64,000 nucleotides of DNA, taken from an uncultured Alphaproteobacteria bacterium. Its GTDB lineage: Bacteria; Pseudomonadota; Alphaproteobacteria; UBA7985; CAJQQZ01. Below are positions 52,960-62,311 of the stretch, piece by piece. A program made the translations under genes and the position numbers. The first letter of the stretch is position 1. Each line of letters opens with the position of its first letter. Where the stretch lies: assembly GCA_905480575.1 (NCBI GenBank), contig CAJQQZ010000031.1, positions 305-64,304 on the forward strand. The letters run 5' to 3'. The notes under the pieces were generated by a model. The model searched no databases. It worked only from the letters and a program-made list of their open reading frames with translations, and was not told where the DNA came from.

Positions 52960-54129
52960 ATGGATCGACGATATTTTGTGGTTCTTGGGGCTTTGCTGAC
53001 CCAATTTATGATCATCGGTCTGTTTTTTGTCTACTCTCTGCTGATTAAAGAGCTTGAGTTAGAGTTTGGTTGGTCACGTACAACCTTGTCGATTGGTGCC
53101 TCTATCGTCGGATTTTCAATGGGCTTCTATGCCATTTTGGGCGGTCGGTTGAGCGATCTTTTTGGTCCTCGGTTGGTTCTGACTTTCTCCGGCTTGATTT
53201 ATGGCTTGGGTTACGCCGCAATTTCCTTCATCTCAGAGCCGTGGCATCTCTTTGCAATTTGTGCCTTGTTTTTAGGCGTCGGCATGGGGACACATGATGT
53301 GGTCACGTTAGGGCCAATCGCAAAATGGTTCCCCAATCGAAAAGGCATCATGACCGGTATTGTTAAATCTGGGACGGCCACTGGCCAAATGGTGATGCCG
53401 GTTGTTGCAGCTATATTGCTTGCAAAATACGGTTGGCGTGAGACCGTGGTAATTGTTGGGCTTGTCGCAGCAGTCGTTCTGGTGATCGGCGCGCAGTTCA
53501 TGAGTGTGCCTTCAAAGCCAAAGTCGACAGAGGCACTTCCCTTAACTGGGCTCAATTTTTCAGAAGCCCGCACCACATTGAGCTTTTGGGTTTTGTGTGT
53601 TGTACAATGTCTGTTCTTCTCAACATTGATGTCGGTTCCTCTCCATATCGCGGTGCATGGCATGGACCAAGGAATGAGCAAGGCGACGGCGGCTGCACTT
53701 CTGACGGTTCTGGGGGGATCGTCTATTGTTGGTCGGCTTGCCATCGGAACTTTTGCTGACAAATTAGGGGGGCGGATGGCCTATTCGCTGTGCCTTGCCC
53801 CGCTTGTTGTCAGCCTAGTTCTGTTTGTATTTGCAGAGTCTCATTGGATGATTTTTGCAATCATAGTCTTGTATGGCGCTGCTCACGGTGGATTGTTTGT
53901 AGTGGTTGCGCCGACGATCGCTGAAATTTTTGGCACGAGATCCCATGGGGCCATTTTTGGTGTCGTTGTCTTCTTTGGCACACTGGGGGGTGCAGCAGGT
54001 CCTATTTTTGCAGGTCAAGTCTTTGACAGAACAGGTGGATATGATCTAGCCTTCGCGGGCTTAGCGGCAATGATCACAATTGCATTAGTTTTGACTCGGC
54101 TTTTACCTGGAAAGAAAACCGAAGCTTAA
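52960..54129 (+). CDS. MFS transporter (MCT/OFA-like)
   Basis: About 12 [22 protein letters not shown]. Confidence 0.9.
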   Translation: MDRRYFVVLGALLTQFMIIGLFFVYSLLIKELELEFGWSRTTLSIGASIVGFSMGFYAILGGRLSDLFGPRLVLTFSGLIYGLGYAAISFISEPWHLFAICALFLGVGMGTHDVVTLGPIAKWFPNRKGIMTGIVKSGTATGQMVMPVVAAILLAKYGWRETVVIVGLVAAVVLVIGAQFMSVPSKPKSTEALPLTGLNFSEARTTLSFWVLCVVQCLFFSTLMSVPLHIAVHGMDQGMSKATAAALLTVLGGSSIVGRLAIGTFADKLGGRMAYSLCLAPLVVSLVLFVFAESHWMIFAIIVLYGAAHGGLFVVVAPTIAEIFGTRSHGAIFGVVVFFGTLGGAAGPIFAGQVFDRTGGYDLAFAGLAAMITIALVLTRLLPGKKTEA

Positions 54130-55244
54130 TTACTTCGCAGATCCCAAGGACGTGGCTCGAAGGGCGTACCTTCAGCTTGAGCGCGGAGCAGATGGTCAGC
54201 TAGTACTATGGCCATCATAGCCTCACCCACTGGAACCGCACGAATACCAACACAAGGGTCGTGGCGACCTTTTGTTAGGATATCTGTGTCCTCACCGAAG
54301 CGATTGATCGATTTGCGTGGTGTCAGGATAGAGCTCGTTGGTTTAACCGCGAAGGAAGCGACTATTGGTTGTCCTGTTGAAAGGCCGCCCAAAATACCAC
54401 CGGCATTATTGTTGAAGAAGGCCGCTTGTCCATCGACAATACGCATTTCGTCAGCATTTTCTTCGCCGCTGAGGCTCGCCGTGTCGAAGCCACCACCGAC
54501 GTCGACTGCTTTGACGGCATTGATAGACATGAAAGCCTTGGCGATGTCAGCATCCAACTTGTCATAGACAGGGCAGCCTAAGCCAGGTGGCAAACCCTCG
54601 GCGATCACTTGGATGACCGCACCGACAGAGGAGCCGGATTTCCGGATCTTGTCCAGGTCATTGGCCCAGAGCTCGGCTGTGTTTGAATCAGGAGAGAAAA
54701 AGGGGTTTTTGGTGACTTGGTCCCAATCCCAGTTTTGGTGCTCGATCTTTCGCGCACCCATCTGGATGAGAGCGCCACGGATTGTAACTTCCCTACCAAG
54801 CACTTGGTCTAGAACTTTACGAGCAACACCGCCTGCGGCGACACGCATCGCGGTTTCGCGGGCTGATGAACGGCCACCACCGCGGTAATCTCTAATGCCG
54901 TATTTGTGCCAGTAGACATAGTCGGCATGACCAGGGCGAAACTTATCTTTGATATCGCCGTAATCTTTGGAGCGCTGATCCTCGTTCTCGATGATCAGGC
55001 TGATTGGTGTGCCGGTTGTTTTGCCTTCGAAAACGCCGGAAGTAATTTTAACGCTATCGCTTTCGCGGCGTTGGGTGGTGTATTTCGATTGTCCAGGTTT
55101 ACGTTGGTCCAACCAGGGTTGGATGTCTTCCTCTGTCAGAGGAATTTGAGAGGGCACGCCATCAATGACACAACCAATGCAGGGGCCATGACTTTCGCCC
55201 CAGGTTGTGAACTTAAAAACCTGGCCAAAGGAATTACCGGACAT
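54126..55244 (-). CDS. aroC: Chorismate synthase
   Basis: GESHG, RPGHAD, RSSARET, GRHDPC. Confidence 0.97.
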   Translation of the reverse strand: MSGNSFGQVFKFTTWGESHGPCIGCVIDGVPSQIPLTEEDIQPWLDQRKPGQSKYTTQRRESDSVKITSGVFEGKTTGTPISLIIENEDQRSKDYGDIKDKFRPGHADYVYWHKYGIRDYRGGGRSSARETAMRVAAGGVARKVLDQVLGREVTIRGALIQMGARKIEHQNWDWDQVTKNPFFSPDSNTAELWANDLDKIRKSGSSVGAVIQVIAEGLPPGLGCPVYDKLDADIAKAFMSINAVKAVDVGGGFDTASLSGEENADEMRIVDGQAAFFNNNAGGILGGLSTGQPIVASFAVKPTSSILTPRKSINRFGEDTDILTKGRHDPCVGIRAVPVGEAMMAIVLADHLLRAQAEGTPFEPRPWDLRSN

Positions 55245-55250
55245 GGGAGC

Positions 55251-56093
55251 CTATTCGCCGCTTGGCTTCATAGATTGCAATAACTCGGCAATTTCTCCAA
55301 CAGAATCAACCGCCAACATACCAACGGTGTGATAGCCGCTGTCAACGTAATGAATTTCACCAGTGACTGACTTTGAAAGATCGGAAAGCAGATAAAGCGC
55401 TGCATTGCCGACATCTTCAGTGGTCACGTTACGGCGCATGGGCGAATTGAGTTCATTCCATTTCAGGATCGCGCGGAAATCACCGATGCCAGAGGCAGCA
55501 AGTGTCTTGATTGGCCCGGCTGAAATACCGTTCACGCGAATAGCTTTAGGACCGAGGTCTGTTGCAAGATAGCGTACTGACGCTTCCAATGCGGCCTTGG
55601 CAACACCCATAACATTATAGTGTGGCATCACTTGCACGGCACCGTAGTATGTCAGTGTTAGAAGGCTGCCGCCGTCTTTCATCATCCGCGCGGCGCGTTG
55701 AGAAACCGCAGTGAAAGAATAGCAGGAAATATCCATGGTCATCGTGAAGTTATCACGAGAGGTGTTGAGATAAGCGCCCTTCAGTTCATTTTTGTCAGAG
55801 AAGCCGATAGCATGAACGACGAAATCCAATTGGCCCCAGGTTTTCTCCAACTCGTCGAATGCCGCATCGATACTCTCGTCACTGGAAACATCACATTCCA
55901 AAACGACGGTTGAACCGAGTTGCTCCGCCAAGGGGAGGACACGTTTTTTTAGCGCTTCACCTTGATAACAGAGTGCTACTTCAGCGCCGTGATCAGCACA
56001 GGCTTTTGCAATGCCCCATGCGATCGAACGGTCGTTAGCGACCCCCATTATCAAACCGCGTTTGCCTTGCATGAAAGAAGATGCTGCGGTCAT
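55251..56093 (-). CDS. fabI: Enoyl-ACP reductase
   Basis: GVANDRSIAWGIA, YNVMGVAKAALE, AGPIKTLAA. Confidence 0.96.
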   Translation of the reverse strand: MTAASSFMQGKRGLIMGVANDRSIAWGIAKACADHGAEVALCYQGEALKKRVLPLAEQLGSTVVLECDVSSDESIDAAFDELEKTWGQLDFVVHAIGFSDKNELKGAYLNTSRDNFTMTMDISCYSFTAVSQRAARMMKDGGSLLTLTYYGAVQVMPHYNVMGVAKAALEASVRYLATDLGPKAIRVNGISAGPIKTLAASGIGDFRAILKWNELNSPMRRNVTTEDVGNAALYLLSDLSKSVTGEIHYVDSGYHTVGMLAVDSVGEIAELLQSMKPSGE

Positions 56094-56308
56094 TTTTTTT
56101 CCTTAATTTGTAATAAACTATTGGCCGTCAAAGCCACAAATTAGAGCGGCGCAATTGTACGCCGAAGTCTCGTCTCTGTCTAATCTAGTGGTCATATGCT
56201 TGTTATGTTTAATTTTCCAGTAGAAGCTTAAGAAAGTCGTAAAAAAACCGCGTTTTTAGTCGAAATATTCGGATGAAAAGAGACTTATGGGATCATTTCT
56301 TGTAAAGA

Positions 56309-58075
56309 ATGTCTTCCGCCTCGAAACAGGCAAAGCTCGCGCGAATAGAGTTCATAGGAATGTTTGGCAGATTTATTCGGCAAATTTGGCGTTCAGCACT
56401 CCTCAGTCATGGCATCGCTTTGGCTTTGGTGTCGGCATTGCTTGTGGGCCCATGGTTCATTGCAACACAAACAATTTTCGGGGTCGGTCAACTCAACTAT
56501 GCCCTTCACGAAATAGAAGAGAGCTTCGTTGGGCAACTCGTCGAGAAAGCGGAAGCCTTTTTTGATCCGTTGGGTTCTCTTGTTTTCGCGGATATAGTTA
56601 GTAATCCTACAAAAGCTTGGATTGTTTTCACGGCGTGCCTGTTGATTTGGTTGTCATTCATCATGCGAGCCTTAACCAGAATGCATCCGAACAGCGCTGC
56701 AAACCTTCCGGGACGATTTATTAAACGTTGGGTTTCTGCGCTCAACCTTCCAATTGTCGGGCTTGTTGCGGCTTTTGTCGTTGTCTGGTCATTGGGCGAA
56801 ATGTCGGGTCCCCCATTAGATCTGTCCCAGGGTCAATTTGGTGCTGTGTTTGGTATTTTGGCCGTGCTTGCGACTTCTGTGTTCCTCTTTTTCTTATATG
56901 GCTGGCTGCCGCGTTGGAAGGCTGGCTTTTTAGTCAGGGCGTTGGTCTCCTTTTCAATTGCCTTTGCAGTTCTCGGTCTGACAGCGGGGAGCAAATATTT
57001 CTTAACGGTTTACCATCTCAGCGGTTTTTTGGAGTTGGGCAAATTTGCTTTCGTGGCTCTGCTCCTTTGGAGTTTTTTAACCTGGCTGGCTGTTCTTATT
57101 GGTGCGCAGTTGATCATTTTCTTTTCTGCTGAAAATGCGATGGCCGAGGTCGCCGTCACTGCTGCACAGGAAATGGACTTGGCTTTGGCGGCGTTGCGTG
57201 AACTCGGGCATTTGAGTGAAGATCGCAAATGGGCATCGAGCGAACGGCTCTCGTCTCAGATTGGCTGTAAATATGCGGCTGTGAAACTGGTGCTCGCCAA
57301 GCTTGAAGTCCTTAATATCGTCAAAAGCAACGGTAAAGACTCCTGGGGTTTGGTTAACGATCTGGGGGACATAACCTTGAAAGATGTCGGTTTAGCGACG
57401 GGGACTTACTTGGATGAAGGTCATTCTTTGAAGTCAAATGGTATGGACCCTGTGACCGAACGCAGTTTGCAAGCTCTATCCCCTGAGTGGGACCAAGATC
57501 TCTATTCTGCCTTCAAAGGCCGTCGACCCGATCTTATGGAACTGGAAAGTGTGGACGGAGAATTAAGAGAGGAACGGGCTGGAGCTGACCTGGAACATCT
57601 GGAGTTGGAGGCACAAGAAAATCTCGAAATCGAAGAGCCAGAAATGAATGTTGATGGTGAGGGGAGTGACAGCACCCTTGAAATGACGGAATCGGAAGAA
57701 GACGATGAGCTCCTGGAACTGGAAAGCGAAGCTGATGATTTTGAGCTGACGAGCCAAGACCTTGAACGTAATCTTCCTGAAGATCTACCCCCTCCAATCC
57801 CAAGTGCATTTCCTGTCGTATCGCTGGTTGCAACAGCAGGTGGGCAGTCAGACGATGATTCAGATCAAGACGTGGCCTGGTTTGTTGATCAAAAAGTAGT
57901 TGGTGAAGCTGTTTTTGATAAAGAATCGGGAGCGCCATCATCTCCTGATATCCATCCTTGGTTCCAAGAAACGTCTCTTTCTCAGGAAGAGGAAGTAGAG
58001 GAGCTGAACCCTGTTGAACCCGGTAGTTTGGAAGAGATCCGCAAAGCTATCGAAGCGGAAGCACAAAAGAGCTAA
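56309..58075 (+). CDS. YihY/BrkB-like membrane protein with winged-helix domain and long acidic tail
   Basis: About 6 TM with LLWSFLTW..VLIGA YihY-like end, Rrf2-like wHTH (...DITLKDV); usual position between fabI and pdxH; start uncertain. Confidence 0.65.
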   Translation: MSSASKQAKLARIEFIGMFGRFIRQIWRSALLSHGIALALVSALLVGPWFIATQTIFGVGQLNYALHEIEESFVGQLVEKAEAFFDPLGSLVFADIVSNPTKAWIVFTACLLIWLSFIMRALTRMHPNSAANLPGRFIKRWVSALNLPIVGLVAAFVVVWSLGEMSGPPLDLSQGQFGAVFGILAVLATSVFLFFLYGWLPRWKAGFLVRALVSFSIAFAVLGLTAGSKYFLTVYHLSGFLELGKFAFVALLLWSFLTWLAVLIGAQLIIFFSAENAMAEVAVTAAQEMDLALAALRELGHLSEDRKWASSERLSSQIGCKYAAVKLVLAKLEVLNIVKSNGKDSWGLVNDLGDITLKDVGLATGTYLDEGHSLKSNGMDPVTERSLQALSPEWDQDLYSAFKGRRPDLMELESVDGELREERAGADLEHLELEAQENLEIEEPEMNVDGEGSDSTLEMTESEEDDELLELESEADDFELTSQDLERNLPEDLPPPIPSAFPVVSLVATAGGQSDDDSDQDVAWFVDQKVVGEAVFDKESGAPSSPDIHPWFQETSLSQEEEVEELNPVEPGSLEEIRKAIEAEAQKS

Positions 58076-58090
58076 CGGAGACAGACTTCT

Positions 58091-58669
58091 ATGGATGCCG
58101 AAAACGGCCCGATCGTTTTGTTTTCCACCTGGTTCAAGGAAGCTCAGGCAGCAGAGATCAATGATGCAGGGGCCATGGCTTTGGCAACCTATGATCCAAC
58201 CGCAAAGCGAATCTCAAACCGCATCGTCTTTCTGAGAGGTGTTGACGAGACAGGCGTGTTGTTTTTCACCCACCGTGACAGCCCGAAATCGGCCGATCTA
58301 TTGCAACACCCTAATGCTGCTTTGACGTTTCATTGGAAGTCACTGAGACGCCAGGTCAGAATGGAAGGCTTCGTCCGATCCGCAACTACACAAGAAGTGA
58401 ATGCCTTTTTTGCGTCGCGTACGAGGAAAGCACAGCTGGATATTTGGGCAAGTAAGCAATCACAGCCATTAAAATCGCGAGAGGTTTTAGTGGGAGATCG
58501 CGCGGCTTTTGAGGCGGATGACCAACTTGAATGTCCGGATCACTGGTGTGGCTATCGATTGGTTCTGGACCGGGTTGAGTTTTGGGCGTCAGACCGTGAC
58601 GACTCGCATGATCGTTTCGTCTTTGAAAAACGAGGGACGGGGTGGGGGGAAACCCTACTTTACCCCTGA
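58091..58669 (+). CDS. Pyridoxamine 5'-phosphate oxidase homolog (divergent active site)
   Basis: AMALAT, FHWKSLRRQVRMEG, WASKQS, EFW....HDR, LYP. Confidence 0.8.
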   Translation: MDAENGPIVLFSTWFKEAQAAEINDAGAMALATYDPTAKRISNRIVFLRGVDETGVLFFTHRDSPKSADLLQHPNAALTFHWKSLRRQVRMEGFVRSATTQEVNAFFASRTRKAQLDIWASKQSQPLKSREVLVGDRAAFEADDQLECPDHWCGYRLVLDRVEFWASDRDDSHDRFVFEKRGTGWGETLLYP

Positions 58670-59746
58670 TCGATGCCAGTTCCAAAAAGCGCTCTTCGCT
58701 TTTCGCCCTTCATTGTCCCACCAATAAAAATCGATCATGAACGAGCTTTGTAAATGGTCAGGGTGGGTCGGCATATAGGCCCGTAGATCCTCTCGAACCA
58801 GGCTTTGTGCCGAGCGCCTGGAAGGGCCGTAGCCTAAGAATGAAGCTTGTGATGCCGTCGCGCCCGGACTCGTGGCAAAACTGACAAATTCTAAGGCTTT
58901 GTCTTTGACGGCAGAAGAGGCAACAACAGCCCAATAGCTCAATGCTAGGAGTTGATGGTCCCAAAGCAAAGCAATACCGTTTTCCTGGTTACTGGCCATT
59001 GCGAGCAGGTCGTTATGAAAACCTTGAGCAATCTTGATCTTGCCCTCTTCAAGCAAATCTAGACCCTGTTGGCTAGATTTAAGCCAGAAGATCTGTTTGC
59101 GAATAGTGGTCAGTTTGTCCAACGCACGTTGTAAACCGGTCTCACTAGCAAGGGTGCTATAAATTTCAGCCTGGGGAACACCCTCAGAAAGGAGAGCCAG
59201 TTCCAGCAGACCTTCAGGAGACTTGAAAAAACCACGTCCACCAGGATGGTTTTCCAGGTCAAACAGTTCGGCAATAGATTGGGGTGGCGGGCTTTCTTCG
59301 AACGCCGACAATTTGACGGCGAATATTTTTGACCATGCGGAATGAGCAATGCCACATTCATGGATGCCTCCGGTTAAGAAATCCTCTTCTGGTTTTAGGC
59401 CTCCAATGCCTGGTGGGAGGATTTCTTGGTCAATTGAAGTGACAAAGCCGGAACGACAGGCGTTTTCCAGACTGACCTGATCAAGGTCCAACACATCCCA
59501 TTTTTGATGTCCAGAAACGTGTTTAGCGATCAATTTGTGAAGGTTGCCGCCATGAGGAACAGGGTCGACTTCTATTTTTGCCAATCCTTCAAAGGGTTTG
59601 AAGAAAACCTTTTGTTGGCCAACTTCATAGTGGCCCCCCCAAGTTCCAACAACGAGCTGGCTTTGCGCCTGTGTAGCGTTGAGCAACCCAACGGGTAATC
59701 CGATTAGAACCAGAATTACAGCGAGCCAATTGTTCGGTTTAGTCAT
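58655..59746 (-). CDS. Extracellular solute-binding protein (PotD/polyamine-like family)
   Basis: Signal peptide, WGG.Y...Q...FFKPF, WDVLD, FDLENHPG.R. Confidence 0.8.
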   Translation of the reverse strand: MTKPNNWLAVILVLIGLPVGLLNATQAQSQLVVGTWGGHYEVGQQKVFFKPFEGLAKIEVDPVPHGGNLHKLIAKHVSGHQKWDVLDLDQVSLENACRSGFVTSIDQEILPPGIGGLKPEEDFLTGGIHECGIAHSAWSKIFAVKLSAFEESPPPQSIAELFDLENHPGGRGFFKSPEGLLELALLSEGVPQAEIYSTLASETGLQRALDKLTTIRKQIFWLKSSQQGLDLLEEGKIKIAQGFHNDLLAMASNQENGIALLWDHQLLALSYWAVVASSAVKDKALEFVSFATSPGATASQASFLGYGPSRRSAQSLVREDLRAYMPTHPDHLQSSFMIDFYWWDNEGRKAKSAFWNWHRSGVK

Positions 59747-60647
59747 CAGGGTAACTTTCCAATACCGAAAGTAACCAGTCCGGTGGCGCTAATGTTAGGG
59801 AAGTTTTATTGTCTTCGAGATGGATAGGCACGCCCTGATTTAAATGAGCGAGGGCTGATTTGACCGTGATAGAAGCGAGACCAAGAACATTCATTGAACT
59901 GGTCACCGTGCCAATCTTTTTATCGCCTTGGAAAAGTTCGTCGCCTGCATTGAGTGACCCTTCGTTCACCACAACCGGCATCAGGCGTCGCTTGACCAGG
60001 CCACGATACTTGGTTCGTGCAGTCACTTCTTGGCCCATGTAGCAGCCCTTATCCCAGTCCAAGCCATTGAGTTCGTCAAAACCCGCTTCAAGCAGTGTTG
60101 TTTTGTCCGAAACAAGTTCTTGGCCAGAAGCAGGAACAGCGAGTTCAATGCATTTTTGTTGGTACCGACTGTAGGCGGCTTCTTCAATTTCCCTCAATTC
60201 GATCGGTAGATCTTCGCGGGTTTCTAAGATCAATCTTTGCCCGAGATCCGGGTGGCGGGGATCATTAAAGAGGACGGCCCTATCGTCATTTAATATCGGC
60301 GGTTGGGGAACGTTAAGCAAAGCGAAGAAGCTAATCGCAGGCTGAATCACTTCGATTGCCACCTGGCTTCTCAATTTAAAAATTCTCAGGCGTTTGTTCA
60401 AATCGGTTAGCTGTGAAGCATCGACTTCTAACCAGAGAAGGTCCAATTCGTCTTCATTAGGTTGGATAATGAAAAAATCAAATAGGTACTTGCCCTGAGG
60501 TGTCAGAAGCGCTGAATAGACGGCGTGGCCGTGTGTTACTTTGGTAACATCATTGGACACCAGGCCTTGTAAGAAAGGGCGAACGTCAGCGCCTTGAAGT
60601 GACAACAGGGCGCGGTTCTCTAAGCGTATGAAAGCAGGATTAGACAT
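59739..60647 (-). CDS. ygfZ: Folate-binding Fe-S assembly protein YgfZ
   Basis: FLQGLVSND, LTPQGK, KGCYMGQEVTAR. Confidence 0.93.
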   Translation of the reverse strand: MSNPAFIRLENRALLSLQGADVRPFLQGLVSNDVTKVTHGHAVYSALLTPQGKYLFDFFIIQPNEDELDLLWLEVDASQLTDLNKRLRIFKLRSQVAIEVIQPAISFFALLNVPQPPILNDDRAVLFNDPRHPDLGQRLILETREDLPIELREIEEAAYSRYQQKCIELAVPASGQELVSDKTTLLEAGFDELNGLDWDKGCYMGQEVTARTKYRGLVKRRLMPVVVNEGSLNAGDELFQGDKKIGTVTSSMNVLGLASITVKSALAHLNQGVPIHLEDNKTSLTLAPPDWLLSVLESYPDD

Positions 60648-60731
60648 TGCATCGCAATCTAGGCAAATTGCGAGCGGAAAGCCAGTGCCAGCTTAGTAAC
60701 ATCTGTGAAAAGTGTCGGCTTAATCGAACCT

Positions 60732-61889
60732 TTAGAAGCTGTAAACCACGCCGCCTTCAACAATATGGTGGTTTCGACTGTCGACTTTGATGCCGGCCTC
60801 TTCAATTTCACCAATGTTGAGATAACGATAGCCCAGGCCTAAGGAGACTTGGTCGGAAACTTTATAATTGAGACCGAACATACCTTGGAAGGCAAATGTA
60901 CCGCCTGAGACCGAACCGAGACCGGTGTAGCTGGAGTCGTTCTGGACGTAACCTGCACCACCACCAACATACAGACCCATTTGATCAAGAAGGCTGATAT
61001 CAGCGATGCCGCTTAAACCTAGGTCGGCATAAACATTAACAAACCCACCAATCAAACTTGTGTCACCGCCTGTTGTTGTCGTGCCACCAAGAGTGAAGTT
61101 GCCTTGACCATAGGAAGAATAGCTCCCTTCGATTTCAGCACGGATAGCCCTAATGAAGCCCTCGTTGTTCATGTTGAATTTATAGCCAATTGCTAAAGCG
61201 CCGCCAAACCCACCATCTGGTGAATCGCTGGCGCTATTGCCGCCACTCGTAACCGTCGTTTCTTGCGGTAGGAGGTATCCTAGCTTGCCGGAAAGATAGA
61301 GATTGTTTGAAAGGTCGCTTATGAATCCTTTTCCAGGCAGGAGGCCGCCTAGGAGGCCGCCGTCGTCGGTGTCCGCATCTGCTGTCGGATCTGGCAAATC
61401 AAGGTCAGGTGCAGGATCCAGAACCTGTGGCGTATCGATTGGCGCTGGTGTTGGTGGCAAGCTTGGGGGGAGTTGCGCTCTGACAAAACCACAAGAGGCT
61501 CGGCCACCGTAAAGTTCATCCAAAGAGGTTTTCATATACCCAGAACCAGTCAAAACGGCAACCAACAGGGGATCGCAAGTCTCAACAGGAAAGGGTTTAA
61601 CGCCGGAATCATACTGAGAGTATTCGCCAGGCCCAGGTACATCGGCTACTTCGTTTGCCTGGAAACCAGTCGTACTGCTGCCCAGATCGGGTGCTGGTGA
61701 CACTGATTCAGGAATGGATAGCGAGCCATCACCGTCTTGAAAAAGCGGGTCAGAAGAATCATCGAAAAGTGAATCATTAAAGTCGACATCTTGCGCTTTG
61801 ACGGCACTTGGCGTGAATGCCAACGCCGTTGATCCCAACAATAGAGTAGCAAGGAAATAAGAAGTACGAAACCGGATAGCTTTAATCAT
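60732..61889 (-). CDS. Outer-membrane beta-barrel protein (OmpA/Omp25-like 8-stranded) with long N-terminal extension
   Basis: Signal peptide from ATG 61889; RAEIE, NVYAD, YVGGGAG, FAFQGMFG, LGYRY; C-terminal YSF. Confidence 0.8.
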   Translation of the reverse strand: MIKAIRFRTSYFLATLLLGSTALAFTPSAVKAQDVDFNDSLFDDSSDPLFQDGDGSLSIPESVSPAPDLGSSTTGFQANEVADVPGPGEYSQYDSGVKPFPVETCDPLLVAVLTGSGYMKTSLDELYGGRASCGFVRAQLPPSLPPTPAPIDTPQVLDPAPDLDLPDPTADADTDDGGLLGGLLPGKGFISDLSNNLYLSGKLGYLLPQETTVTSGGNSASDSPDGGFGGALAIGYKFNMNNEGFIRAIRAEIEGSYSSYGQGNFTLGGTTTTGGDTSLIGGFVNVYADLGLSGIADISLLDQMGLYVGGGAGYVQNDSSYTGLGSVSGGTFAFQGMFGLNYKVSDQVSLGLGYRYLNIGEIEEAGIKVDSRNHHIVEGGVVYSF

Positions 61890-62311
61890 AGTTTTCGAAA
61901 ACACACAAAATAGACTTTGGCAGTAAAAGTCTGCAAAGAAATAAAATAACCAATTCAATAAGCCGAAGGGTAAAGAAAAGGCTTACGATTCGTCTAGCCC
62001 GTTGCGGAGTCTGGCGTCCAAATTTGGTTCTTTAGGCACTGAAATTTTGGTCGAATCCTTTAGGAATTGCAAGTTAATATCCTATTGCGGCCTCGATTTT
62101 CGAGTCCCAACAACTAATGCCAGCAGATGATTCGTAGAACCTCCCCATCCTTTTGTATGCCTTTAGTTGTGGAAAGGCACCAGTGCCGGTCTTACAGTCG
62201 AACAATCGACACCTCTCAAAATACTTGCGAAGGCTTGATTAGCGCTTCTGCTGTCTATAAAGCGGGGGTAGTTCAATTTACTCCGCAAATTCAATGTGAG
62301 AAGGAAAACAC

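Noticed and set aside
60652-60673. TCGCAAT-N8-ATTGCGA palindrome before ygfZ sharing the 11-mer GCAAATTGCGA with the dnaA upstream palindrome
   Set aside because: One shared 11-mer is compatible with chance, and the spacers differ
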